NCBI GenBank assembly: GCA_051746185.1
Contig: JBNJEV010000013.1
Location: 5,753-69,752, forward strand
Reading direction: 5' to 3'
Length of the DNA stretch: 64,000 bases
Source of the DNA: Bacteroidota bacterium
GTDB taxonomy: Bacteria; Bacteroidota; Bacteroidia; Bacteroidales; GCA-2748055
The notes under the pieces are model-generated. The model was not told the origin of the DNA, did no database searches, and saw nothing but the letters and a program-made list of their open reading frames with translations. Made by a program: the position numbers and the translations under genes. Positions 18,735 through 27,644 of this stretch are shown here, one piece after another. Each line of letters begins with the position of its first letter. The first letter of the stretch is position 1.

Positions 18735-19831
18735 GGCTGATACTTGGTAATAAATATGTTGCTGAACCAGATCACTCCCAGCATGACCGGCATCAATGGA
18801 TCAAACAGCAGCGAAGGTAACAATAAATCCCTTTCCTTCAAACGCCGCATTCCCGTTTTAAAGACCGCTATTTTGACAATAACCAGTAACACAAATGCAG
18901 TCAGCACATACCATTTCCACTGAGAAAAAAAACAGGACAGCACGAGAAAAACATAGAGCAGCAGCCTGCTGAACATTTCCCCTGAAAGACGCATCCTGGA
19001 ACCCATCCGATAGTAGTTCCCAGCCGTAAGGTGCCGTTGTTTCTGTTTGATCCATCCCCTGAAGGAGTTTTCCGGGAGGGAAAGGGTGTGGCTCTCGGGA
19101 TGGATCTCCACCGCCGTATTCCTGCCAGTGGCATTTTCGTTGACAAAAAGGTCATCATCGCCCGATGCCAGGTGGTAGTGACCCGCAAATCCCCTGCTGT
19201 TAAAAAAGAGTGTCCTGCTGTAGGCCAGGTTCCTGCCCACCCCCATATAAGGTTTTCCCCTGATGGCAAAAGAAAGATACTGGATGGCCGTGAAGACCGT
19301 TTCATACCGTATCAGCATATTGAGCAGCCCTTTCCTTTTTTCATATCCCCCATACCCCAGGACGATCTTCTTTTCCCCGGTAAGATTTGAAACCATGTTC
19401 CTGAGCCACAGGTCGCTCACCGGATAACAGTCCGCATCCGTAAGGACCAGGGTATCATACCGGGCCGATTTGATCCCGATGGTCAGGGCCAGTTTTTTCC
19501 CGTGACTGAATTTGTCGTTGCAGGGGATGGTGGTATACCGGAGATTTTTATACCGGACGGAAAACTCGGCGAGCAATTCCTCGGATTCGTCCGTAGAAGC
19601 ATCGTTGACCACCACCACCTCGAATTCAGGGTACTTCTGCTCAAGCACCCGGGGGAGGTATTTTTTCAGGTTCTCAGATTCATTTCTGGCGCAGATGACC
19701 ACTGAGGCCCCTTTCCTCGTTCTTTTTCTTTTCGGCTGATGATAAAGCGGCAGGTGAATATAGATCAGTAAGTAATATCCCAGCTGTATCAGACTGGCGA
19801 CAAGAAAGACTGCCGGAAAGACCCACTCCAT
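18725..19831 (-). CDS. Family 2 glycosyltransferase, membrane-associated
   Basis: ...GASVVICARNESENLKKYLP...VVVVNDASTDES...LTDADC... is a GT2 DxD-type core with flanking TM segments. It overlaps the sigma-factor start by 10 nt. Confidence 0.82.
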   Translation of the reverse strand: MEWVFPAVFLVASLIQLGYYLLIYIHLPLYHQPKRKRTRKGASVVICARNESENLKKYLPRVLEQKYPEFEVVVVNDASTDESEELLAEFSVRYKNLRYTTIPCNDKFSHGKKLALTIGIKSARYDTLVLTDADCYPVSDLWLRNMVSNLTGEKKIVLGYGGYEKRKGLLNMLIRYETVFTAIQYLSFAIRGKPYMGVGRNLAYSRTLFFNSRGFAGHYHLASGDDDLFVNENATGRNTAVEIHPESHTLSLPENSFRGWIKQKQRHLTAGNYYRMGSRMRLSGEMFSRLLLYVFLVLSCFFSQWKWYVLTAFVLLVIVKIAVFKTGMRRLKERDLLLPSLLFDPLMPVMLGVIWFSNIFITKYQPWR

Positions 19832-19914
19832 GCCACAAATATTCAGGAGGCAATGATAGAAAAAAAAACCAGATCCTCAACAATTGATTAACTTTGGCAG
19901 ACCTTGTTTTTTTC

Positions 19915-21045
19915 ATGAATTTTAAAATCTTACACAGGGATCCCGGAAGTCAGGCCCGGGCGGGGTTGATCAAAACAGATCATTCCGAGATCCATACACC
20001 GGTCTTCATGCCCGTGGGAACAGCAGGAAGTGTGAAGGGGGTACACCGGCGGGAACTGCTCGATGACCTCAATGCTTCTTTGGTTCTGGCGAATACATAC
20101 CATCTGTTTCTGCGTCCGGGGGCGGAGATCATCAGGCGGGCCGGAGGATTGCACCGGTTCATGAACTGGGACCGTTCCCTGCTTACCGACAGCGGGGGTT
20201 ACCAGGTTTTTTCCCTGGCGGCCAACCGGAAACTGAAGCCCGAGGGGGCCTATTTTCATTCGCACATCGATGGTTCAGGGCACCTGTTCACTCCAGAGAG
20301 GATCGTGGATATCCAGCGGGAGATCGGTGCGGACATGATCATGGCATTTGATGAGTGCACTCCCTGGCCATGCGAAGCCGATGATGCCAGGAAATCCATG
20401 GAACTGACCCATTATTGGCTTGACCGGGGACTGGAACGCTATCGTTCCACAGAGCCCCTTTATGGGCACCACCAGGCCTTTCTTCCCATCGTCCAGGGCA
20501 GTGTGTACAGGGATCTGCGCAAACGATCAGCCGAATACGTGGCAGTAAAAGAAGCGGAGGCCAATGCCATTGGTGGGCTTTCCGTGGGAGAGCCGGCCGG
20601 GGAAATGTATGCCATGATCGAGGTGGTCAACGGGATCCTGCCTGTGGACAGGCCCCGTTATTTGATGGGGGTGGGAACACCGGCAAATCTTCTGGAGGCG
20701 GTCTCCCTGGGGATCGATATGTTCGATTGCGTGATCCCCACCAGGAATGGCCGGAATGGCATGTTGTTTACCCGTGAAGGGGTCATCAACATCAGGAACA
20801 AAAAGTGGATGGATGACTATTCAACTATCGACAGCAGCGGGACATGCTACGTGGATACGCAATATTCGCGCGCATATCTGCGTCATTTAATCATATCGGG
20901 TGAGTTGCTGGGAGCGCAGATCGCAAGCCTTCACAACCTGGCTTTTTATCTCTGGTTGCTCAGAAGCGCATTCGAAGAAATCAGAAGCGGTACATTCAGC
21001 AGATGGAAGGAAAAGATCATACCGGCTTTAAATACAAGGTTATAA
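19915..21045 (+). CDS. tgt: Queuine tRNA-ribosyltransferase
   Basis: MNFKILHRD..SQARAG.I.T.H..I.TPVFMPVGT...LTDSGGYQVFSL... and the C-terminal zinc-site region match Tgt. I chose the ATG at 19915. Confidence 0.93.
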   Translation: MNFKILHRDPGSQARAGLIKTDHSEIHTPVFMPVGTAGSVKGVHRRELLDDLNASLVLANTYHLFLRPGAEIIRRAGGLHRFMNWDRSLLTDSGGYQVFSLAANRKLKPEGAYFHSHIDGSGHLFTPERIVDIQREIGADMIMAFDECTPWPCEADDARKSMELTHYWLDRGLERYRSTEPLYGHHQAFLPIVQGSVYRDLRKRSAEYVAVKEAEANAIGGLSVGEPAGEMYAMIEVVNGILPVDRPRYLMGVGTPANLLEAVSLGIDMFDCVIPTRNGRNGMLFTREGVINIRNKKWMDDYSTIDSSGTCYVDTQYSRAYLRHLIISGELLGAQIASLHNLAFYLWLLRSAFEEIRSGTFSRWKEKIIPALNTRL

Positions 21046-22136
21046 GGTTCTTCGGGCTCAAGCTCATAGACTTCTATATTATCCGGAAGTTCCTGAGCTC
21101 CTTCATCCTGGCCATTGTCCTGATCCTGTCCATCGTGGTGATCTTTGATCTGTCGGAAAAGATCGATGATTTCCTGGAGAACGGAGCCCGGATGCATGAG
21201 GTCGTCCGGGATTATTACCTCAATTTTATTCCCTATTTCGCCGTGCTGTTCAGCTCCCTGTTTGCTTTTATCGCGGTGATCTATTTTACCTCCAGGATGG
21301 CCTACAATACAGAGATCATTGCCATTCTGAACAGCGGGATGAGCTTCCGGCGTTTGCTGGTCCCCTATCTCATTTCGGCGGTTTTGATTGCGGGTATCAC
21401 ATTTTACCTGAACGACAAGGTGATCCCCAGGGCCAACAAGGTGAAGCTGGATTTCGAAGAGAAGTATATCCATAAAAGGCCGGTCCGTTTCAAGACCAAG
21501 AATTTCCACCGGCAGGTCGAGCCCGGGGTCTATGTCTACCTGAAGAACTACAGCAACGTTTCCAAAGTGGGATACGATTTCACCATTGAAAAATTTGAGG
21601 ACGGACACCTGGTCTCAAAAATGTTCGCCGACCAGATCAGGTGGGACACCGCTTCAGAGAGGTGGTCCGCCCGGAGGTATTACATCCGGACCATCGACGG
21701 ATTGAAAGAGACCCTGGAGGAGGGCCGGATGATCGATACCTCACTTGCCATTCACCCGGATGATTTCAGGATGCGGTTGAATATCGTGGAGACTATGAGC
21801 CTGAAGGAGCTTGATGATTTTATCAGGCAGCAGCTGATGCAGGGGGAGACCAATGTGACTGCCTACCGTATCGAACGGCAGAACCGGATCTCTTTCCCCT
21901 TTTCCACCTTCATCCTTACACTGATCGGGGTGGCGGTTTCCAGCCGCAAGCTGAGAGGGGGGATGGGCCTGCATATTGCCATCGGTGTGGTGATCAGTTT
22001 TACCTATATACTGTTTACCCAGTTCTCCAAGCAGTTCGCCATCGGTGGATTGCTGCCGGTGATGCTGGCGGTGTGGCTTCCCAATATTTTCTTCATGATC
22101 GTGGCCATTTTTCTGCTGCGATTGGCCCCCAGATAG
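21003..22136 (+). CDS. LptF/LptG-family (YjgP/YjgQ) permease
   Basis: ...LIDFYIIRKFLSSFILAIVLILSIVVIFDLSEKIDDF... is a typical family N-terminus. It has 6 TM segments and a central periplasmic domain. The only in-frame ATG lies 43 nt inside tgt, so the true start is uncertain. Confidence 0.78.
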   Translation: MEGKDHTGFKYKVIRFFGLKLIDFYIIRKFLSSFILAIVLILSIVVIFDLSEKIDDFLENGARMHEVVRDYYLNFIPYFAVLFSSLFAFIAVIYFTSRMAYNTEIIAILNSGMSFRRLLVPYLISAVLIAGITFYLNDKVIPRANKVKLDFEEKYIHKRPVRFKTKNFHRQVEPGVYVYLKNYSNVSKVGYDFTIEKFEDGHLVSKMFADQIRWDTASERWSARRYYIRTIDGLKETLEEGRMIDTSLAIHPDDFRMRLNIVETMSLKELDDFIRQQLMQGETNVTAYRIERQNRISFPFSTFILTLIGVAVSSRKLRGGMGLHIAIGVVISFTYILFTQFSKQFAIGGLLPVMLAVWLPNIFFMIVAIFLLRLAPR

Positions 22137-22210
22137 GAAAATATTGTCCGGCAGCAACGGTCCAGCTTTTTTTTTGTAAGATTGTACCCGCAAACCAAAA
22201 CCCATAGCCA

Positions 22211-23755
22211 ATGGCCTCAAATAAGAAGATTCAGGAACTGAAAAAGCGCCGGGAAGAGATTCTTCGCGGGGGTGGCGATCTGGCCATACAAAAGCAGGTG
22301 GCCATGGGAAAGATGACTGCCAGGGAACGGATCGTGAAATTGCTGGATGACGGAAGCTTTAATGAATATGATCTTTTTGTGGAGCATGAAGCGCGTGATT
22401 TCGGAATGGACCGGAAGAAACTGCACGGCGACGGGGTTATCACGGGTACAGGAACCATTGGAGGCAAGCCGGTATGCATCTTTGCACAGGATTTTACGGT
22501 AGCGGGGGGATCCCTCGGTTTTATGCATGCCAGGAAGATCACCAAGATCATGGATCACTCGCTGAAAATGCGGATGCCCCTGATCGGGATCAATGATTCC
22601 GGCGGAGCACGGATCCAGGAGGGAGTGAATTCACTGGCCGGGTACGGAGAGATCTTTTTCAGGAATACACTGGCATCCGGGGTCATTCCGCAGATCTCGG
22701 TGATCCTGGGTCCCTGTGCCGGGGGAGCAGTCTATTCACCTGCACTGACCGATTTTGTCTTCGTGGTGGAAAATATCTCGAAAATGTTCATCACCGGTCC
22801 CGAAGTGATCAAAACGGTGCTGGGAGAGGATATCACCATGGAGGAACTGGGTGGTGCAAAAGTACACAGCGAGATCACCGGGAATGCCCATTTTTTCTCC
22901 GAGAGCGAAGACGAGTGTTTCGAGCAGATCAAGACCCTTCTCAGCTATCTGCCCTGGTCCAATTCCGATAAGCCCGAGAAAAAAGAGGTGGTTGAGCCGT
23001 TGAAAAAATACAACATTTCCAACATTGTTCCCGCCGAGACCAGGCAGCCCTATGATGTGCGAAATGTGATCCGGGCGGTAACCGATGGTTCCGATTTCTT
23101 TGAGATCCAGAAGCGCTGGGCAGCGAACATGGTCATTGGATTCGGGACCATGAATGGCCGGACGGCCGGGTTTGTGGCCAATCAGCCCTATGTGCTGGCC
23201 GGAGTGCTGGATGTGGATTCTTCCGATAAGGCGGCCAGGTTCATCCGGTACTGTGATGCGTTTAATATTCCCATCATCACTTTTGTGGATCTGCCGGGAT
23301 ACCTGCCGGGAGTGGAACAGGAGCATTCCGGGGTGATCAGGCACGGAGCCAAGGTACTGTATGCTTACAGTGAAGCAACCATTCCCAAGATCACAGTGAT
23401 CCTCAGAAAGGCCTACGGGGGTGGTTACATAGCCATGAGCTCCAGGCACCTCCGGGCCGATTTCGTTTTTGCATGGCCCGATGCCGAAGTGGCTGTCATG
23501 GGCCCCGAGGGAGCTGCGAATATCATCTTCAGAAAAGAGATTGCCGCAGCAGAGGATCCTGAAAAAATGCGCCGTCAGAAGGTCCGGGAATACAAGGAGA
23601 AATTTGCCAATCCATATGTGGCAGCATCCAAAGGATACATTGATTCGGTGATCGAACCCAGGGAAACCAGGAGGGCACTGTTGCATGCATTGGAAGTATC
23701 GGGCGAAAAACGTGTGGGAATGCCTGACAAGAAACACGGGGTCCCCCCTTTTTAA
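22211..23755 (+). CDS. Acyl-CoA carboxyltransferase (methylmalonyl-CoA decarboxylase alpha / propionyl-CoA carboxylase beta family)
   Basis: ...RERIVKLLDDGSF.E.D.F..H....FGM........GDGVITG.G.I.GKPVCIFAQDFTV.GGSLG... matches the carboxyltransferase family. Confidence 0.9.
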   Translation: MASNKKIQELKKRREEILRGGGDLAIQKQVAMGKMTARERIVKLLDDGSFNEYDLFVEHEARDFGMDRKKLHGDGVITGTGTIGGKPVCIFAQDFTVAGGSLGFMHARKITKIMDHSLKMRMPLIGINDSGGARIQEGVNSLAGYGEIFFRNTLASGVIPQISVILGPCAGGAVYSPALTDFVFVVENISKMFITGPEVIKTVLGEDITMEELGGAKVHSEITGNAHFFSESEDECFEQIKTLLSYLPWSNSDKPEKKEVVEPLKKYNISNIVPAETRQPYDVRNVIRAVTDGSDFFEIQKRWAANMVIGFGTMNGRTAGFVANQPYVLAGVLDVDSSDKAARFIRYCDAFNIPIITFVDLPGYLPGVEQEHSGVIRHGAKVLYAYSEATIPKITVILRKAYGGGYIAMSSRHLRADFVFAWPDAEVAVMGPEGAANIIFRKEIAAAEDPEKMRRQKVREYKEKFANPYVAASKGYIDSVIEPRETRRALLHALEVSGEKRVGMPDKKHGVPPF

Positions 23756-23764
23756 CAATTTATC

Positions 23765-24160
23765 ATGAGCAAACAGGATAGTTCATCCCGGGAGAATACC
23801 TCCAAAAAGATTCCTCCCTCGCATGCTTTCCCGCCGGAGCCGGAAAAACCCTGTATGGAAGAACTGGAAATCGGAGGGGCCAGGTACCTGACCCGACTCA
23901 CCCGTAAATTCAGCGACAGGAAAAACTGGCAGCGGGCTGATCCCAATAAGATACTGGCCTTTATTCCGGGAACCATCCAGAAGATCCTGGTAAAGGAAGG
24001 CATGGAAGTCCGCCCGGGAGATTCCCTGCTCATCCTGGAGGCCATGAAAATGAGGAACGAATTGTTGTCGCCCGTGCAGGGTGTGGTAAAGAAGATCCAC
24101 GTCTCTGAAGGGGACAGGATCCCAAAGGGCCATCTGCTGATTGAGTTTATCCGGGAGTGA
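23765..24160 (+). CDS. Biotin carboxyl carrier (biotinyl/lipoyl attachment domain) protein
   Basis: The C-terminal ...GDSLLILEAMKMRNELLSP... carries the EAMKM biotinylation motif. It is adjacent to the carboxyltransferase gene. Confidence 0.85.
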   Translation: MSKQDSSSRENTSKKIPPSHAFPPEPEKPCMEELEIGGARYLTRLTRKFSDRKNWQRADPNKILAFIPGTIQKILVKEGMEVRPGDSLLILEAMKMRNELLSPVQGVVKKIHVSEGDRIPKGHLLIEFIRE

Positions 24161-24165
24161 AAGCC

Positions 24166-25176
24166 TCAGCGGCCGGGCCCTTCCGGTCCATCAACCGGTG
24201 TTTGCGGCAAACCGGCGGGCCCCTTCCAGATAACCAGCCGGGCTAGGTCTTCAGGAAGGGAAGGGAGACTGCTGAAGAGACCATACAGGGAAGATCCGCT
24301 TCCGCTCATGGAAGCATACAGTGCACCTGATCCGTAAAGCTCCTGTTTGATTGCTGCCAGTTCCGGGAATTTTTGAAACACAGGGAATTCAAAATCGTTA
24401 CCGATCAGCTCCTTCCATCGATTTACCGGTTCGTTGATCAGGTTCACCAGGTGGCGGCCGGGCATGACCGGTTTCACCTCCCGGTAGGCCTCTGCGGTGG
24501 GGATATGGATCCCGGGGTAGAGGATGACCAGGAAGAGTCCTTCCAGGTTCAGAGTTACCGGCGTGAGGATCTCGCCCCTTCCCTCCGCCACCATGGGCCC
24601 CGTGTGGAGGAAGAACGGACAGTCGCTGCCGAGCCTTCCCGCGATTTCTTCCAGTTTTTCCGGGGATACAGGATCAGGGGCCAGCCTGTTGAGCCCTTTC
24701 AACGTGGTGGATGCATCGGAGGACCCTCCTCCCAGTCCGGCACCCACGGGGATCTGTTTATGAAGGTGCAGGTTGACCCGAGGGAGCGGGGTTTCCCGGT
24801 CAAGCATTTCATAAGCGCGAAAACACAGGTTGTTTTGCATTCCGGTACCGGCGGGTATACCCGTACAGGTCATGTGTATCCTGGTGTGGTTCCCATGGTT
24901 CCCTGTGTGGTTTCTGTGGATCTCTGTGTGGTTCCCATGGTTCCCATGGTTCCGCGTGGGATTCTCTGTGTGGTTCCCATGGTTCCCTGTGTGGTTTCTG
25001 TGGATCTCCGTATGGTTTCGCTGGATCCCACTTTCCGGTCCACCGGTCTCCATGATCTCGATCAGGTCATACAGCGGCACCGGTACCATCACGGACTGAA
25101 TGTCGTGAAAGCCATCCTGCCTGCGGCGGGTGACCAGAAGTCCTATATTGATCTTGGCCGGTGAAAACAGGATCAT
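24166..25176 (-). CDS. ispE: 4-diphosphocytidyl-2-C-methyl-D-erythritol kinase with a ~50-aa His/Asn-rich repeat insertion
   Basis: The N-terminus MILFSPAKINIGLLVTRRRQDGFHDIQSV and the GHMP-kinase motif ...IPVGAGLGGGSSDAS... match IspE. The insertion is ...QRNHTEIHRNHTGNHGNHTENPTRNHGNHGNHTEIHRNHTGNHGNHTRIH... Confidence 0.85.
   Translation of the reverse strand: MILFSPAKINIGLLVTRRRQDGFHDIQSVMVPVPLYDLIEIMETGGPESGIQRNHTEIHRNHTGNHGNHTENPTRNHGNHGNHTEIHRNHTGNHGNHTRIHMTCTGIPAGTGMQNNLCFRAYEMLDRETPLPRVNLHLHKQIPVGAGLGGGSSDASTTLKGLNRLAPDPVSPEKLEEIAGRLGSDCPFFLHTGPMVAEGRGEILTPVTLNLEGLFLVILYPGIHIPTAEAYREVKPVMPGRHLVNLINEPVNRWKELIGNDFEFPVFQKFPELAAIKQELYGSGALYASMSGSGSSLYGLFSSLPSLPEDLARLVIWKGPAGLPQTPVDGPEGPGR
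24871..25032 (-). repeat. In-frame tandem/degenerate DNA repeat encoding the NHGNHT-type insertion in ispE
   Basis: gtgtggttcccatggttccctgtgtggtttctgtggatctc occurs twice, with additional ggttcccatgg copies. All frames on both strands are open across this stretch. Confidence 0.8.
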
Positions 25177-25305
25177 AAGGATAAAGATATGTCATTTTTC
25201 AACATTTGTTAATGATAACTTTGGAAGGGCTGTTTAAAATTCGAAGGAAGCGACCCGGAGTTGGAATAGCCGGTTTGTTACCTTTATCCACCCAAATAAT
25301 AACCG

Positions 25306-26832
25306 ATGGCAAAACAACAGGGTAACCCCACAGGAAAGAGAACGTCCATTGCACTTGATTATGGTAAGATACCGCCCCAGGCACTGGATCTGGAGGAAGC
25401 CGTACTGGGTGCCATCATGCTGGAAAAAGATGCCATTTTTTCGGTCCTTGACATCCTTGAACCGGCCAGTTTTTACAAAGAAGCCCACCAGCAGATCTAC
25501 GAGGTGGCACAAAGCCTTTCACAGCAGGAAAAGCCTATCGATCTGCTCACGGTGACGGAAGAATTGAGAAAACTGGAAAAGCTGGAGCAGGTGGGTGGCG
25601 CAGCCTATATTGCACAGCTCACTTCCAGGGTGGGTTCGGCCGCCCACCTTGATTACCATGCCAGGATCGTGGCCCAGAAATACATCCAGAGGGAACTGAT
25701 CAGGGTTTCTTCAGAAATCCAGCAAAAGGCTTTTGACGAGGGATCGGATGTGGATGACCTGCTGGATTTCTCGGAAAGGGAACTGCTCAACATTGCCGAG
25801 GGCCATATCAAGAAGGAAACGGTAAAGATCGACAACCTTCTGAAATCAGCCATAGAACACATAGAAGAAGCCGGAAAGCGCGAAGATAGTTTGAGCGGGG
25901 TGCCATCCGGGTTCACACGGCTGGACAGGCTTACCTCCGGATGGCAGAAATCTGATCTGGTGATTGTGGCAGCCCGGCCTTCCATGGGGAAAACCGCCTT
26001 TGTACTGTCCATGGCCAGGAATATGGCCGTGGATCACAACCGGCCTGTGGCATTCTTCTCCCTGGAAATGTCCTCCATCCAGCTGGTAAACCGCCTGATC
26101 ATCGGAGAAACACAGCTGTCCTCGGACAAGATAAGGACAGGCAGGCTTGAAAACTATGAATGGGAACAGCTTGAATATAAGATCAAGGACCTGGAGAGGG
26201 CTCCCATCTATGTGGATGATACCCCGGCCATTTCCATATTCGAGTTCCGTGCAAAATGCCGCAGGCTCAAACAGAAATATGATATACAGGCGGTGGTGAT
26301 CGATTACCTGCAATTGATGACCGGACCAAAAGAATCTTCCGGCAGCCGTGAGCAGGAAGTGAGCAGTATTTCCAGGTCCCTGAAAACTGTTGCCAAGGAG
26401 CTGGACATTCCGGTCATCGCCCTGTCCCAGCTGAACAGGAGCGTTGAGATGCGATCGGGCAACAAGCGGCCCCAGCTTTCCGACCTGCGTGAATCGGGTG
26501 CCATCGAGCAGGATGCCGACCTGGTGATCTTCATTCACCGTCCGGAATACTACGGACTTGATGTGGATGAGGAAGGAAATTCCCTGAAAGGGATCGCGGA
26601 GATCATTCTCTCCAAGCACAGGAACGGCCCGGTAGGTGATGTCCAGCTGAAATTCATCAGGGATTATGCCAAGTTTGTTGACCTGCATGATGCACTGGCC
26701 ATGGTGGAGGACGGGAACGGGAATTCACTGGCCACCTTTTCTTCGAGGATCAACCAGGAACGGGAGGAAAGGAAATCTGTCGGCGATGACGCAGAAACAA
26801 AAAACGGGATCGATGATTCAATCCCGTTCTGA
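25306..26832 (+). CDS. dnaB: Replicative DNA helicase
   Basis: ...PPQALDLEEAVLGAIMLEKDA...GFTRLDRLTSGWQKSDLVIVAARPSMGKTAF...SRSLKTVAKELDIPVIALSQLNR... matches DnaB. Confidence 0.94.
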   Translation: MAKQQGNPTGKRTSIALDYGKIPPQALDLEEAVLGAIMLEKDAIFSVLDILEPASFYKEAHQQIYEVAQSLSQQEKPIDLLTVTEELRKLEKLEQVGGAAYIAQLTSRVGSAAHLDYHARIVAQKYIQRELIRVSSEIQQKAFDEGSDVDDLLDFSERELLNIAEGHIKKETVKIDNLLKSAIEHIEEAGKREDSLSGVPSGFTRLDRLTSGWQKSDLVIVAARPSMGKTAFVLSMARNMAVDHNRPVAFFSLEMSSIQLVNRLIIGETQLSSDKIRTGRLENYEWEQLEYKIKDLERAPIYVDDTPAISIFEFRAKCRRLKQKYDIQAVVIDYLQLMTGPKESSGSREQEVSSISRSLKTVAKELDIPVIALSQLNRSVEMRSGNKRPQLSDLRESGAIEQDADLVIFIHRPEYYGLDVDEEGNSLKGIAEIILSKHRNGPVGDVQLKFIRDYAKFVDLHDALAMVEDGNGNSLATFSSRINQEREERKSVGDDAETKNGIDDSIPF

Positions 26833-26858
26833 TCCGGTTCTGTTTACAGTGTGCCGGT

Positions 26859-27533
26859 TCATTTCCAGGAGGCGGACATCCAGCTTTCAACGGCCGGATC
26901 CTCTTCCACCAGGCCTGATTTGAAAGGGGAAGTCATCCATTCCTTCACCACCAGTTCCTCTTCCTCCATTGCGGCTTCGAAAGGAGCGGCCATCCAGCTT
27001 TCCACATTCGTCTCTTCCTCTATTGCGGCTTCGAAAGGAGCGGCCATCCAGTCTTCCACATTCGTCTCTTCCTCCATTGCGGCTTCGAAAGGAGCGGCCA
27101 TCCAGCTTTCCACATTCGTCTCTTCCTCTATTGCGGCTTCGAAAGGAGCGGCCATCCAGCTTTCCACATTCGTCTCTTCCTCTATTGCGGCTTCGAAAGG
27201 AGCGGCCATCCAGCTTTCCACATGCAGATCGGATTCGAAGGTGATTTCCGCGTGGTCCACATAGATGGTCCTGGTGATCACGGGTGTGATAACATCATCT
27301 GTGGAGACAATATCCATCACCCGGTTGTGCGCATCGGATACCCAGGCCTCGATCCTTCCGGATTCCCCGGTTGTATAGTTGGCAGTGATGAAAACACCGT
27401 CTTTGCTGTCCGGGAACAACCTGTTTTTAAATGCCTCCAGCAGGGTTTTGTCCTCGGATCCGAAGATCTGTCCATATCCGGTTACTGTAAGGGTTGCCAG
27501 AAGAACGCTGATGAATATTTTCGTTGTTTTCAT
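26859..27533 (-). CDS. Small secreted protein with seven acidic E-x-W-M-x-x-P-F repeats (uncharacterised family, paralog 1)
   Basis: The signal peptide is MKTTKIFISVLLATLTVTGYGQ, followed by a ~100-aa unique domain. Then come VESWMAAPFEAAIEEETN x5 (near identical) and two divergent copies (KEWMTSPFKSGLVEED, VESWMSASWK). Confidence 0.7.
   Translation of the reverse strand: MKTTKIFISVLLATLTVTGYGQIFGSEDKTLLEAFKNRLFPDSKDGVFITANYTTGESGRIEAWVSDAHNRVMDIVSTDDVITPVITRTIYVDHAEITFESDLHVESWMAAPFEAAIEEETNVESWMAAPFEAAIEEETNVESWMAAPFEAAMEEETNVEDWMAAPFEAAIEEETNVESWMAAPFEAAMEEEELVVKEWMTSPFKSGLVEEDPAVESWMSASWK
26967..27236 (-). repeat. Five near-identical 54-bp in-frame tandem repeats
   Basis: The unit cattgcggcttcgaaaggagcggccatccagctttccacattcgtctcttcctct repeats head-to-tail with 1-3 substitutions per copy. 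Confidence 0.9.
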
Positions 27534-27579
27534 GACTGTTATCTTTTTTTTCTTGTTTTCTAGTCCTGTAATCTATTTA

Positions 27580-27594
27580 TCAATCCATGTGCCA
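27580..27594 (-). promoter_or_regulatory. Sigma-54-like -24/-12 motif (TGGCAC-N5-TTGA) upstream of paralog 1
   Basis: The minus strand reads TGGCACatggaTTGAt, about 47 nt upstream of the ATG at 27533. The -12 C is replaced by A, so the match is imperfect. Confidence 0.25.
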
Positions 27595-27644
27595 AACTCT
27601 GCATCAACTTGAAAATAAGATACATAAAAGAATTTTACAAGTTG

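Noticed and set aside
24373-25164. ORFs on the plus strand over ispE, including the striking FPWFPVWFLW-repeat ORF 24830..25099.
   Set aside because: They mirror the in-frame His/Asn repeat of ispE on the opposite strand. The repeat keeps all frames open. There is no start context or family support.
26967-27236. A regular 54-bp repeat array that could superficially be mistaken for a CRISPR array.
   Set aside because: The units are contiguous with no unique spacers, are in-frame inside an ORF with a signal peptide, and encode a conserved peptide module. No cas genes or leader are nearby.
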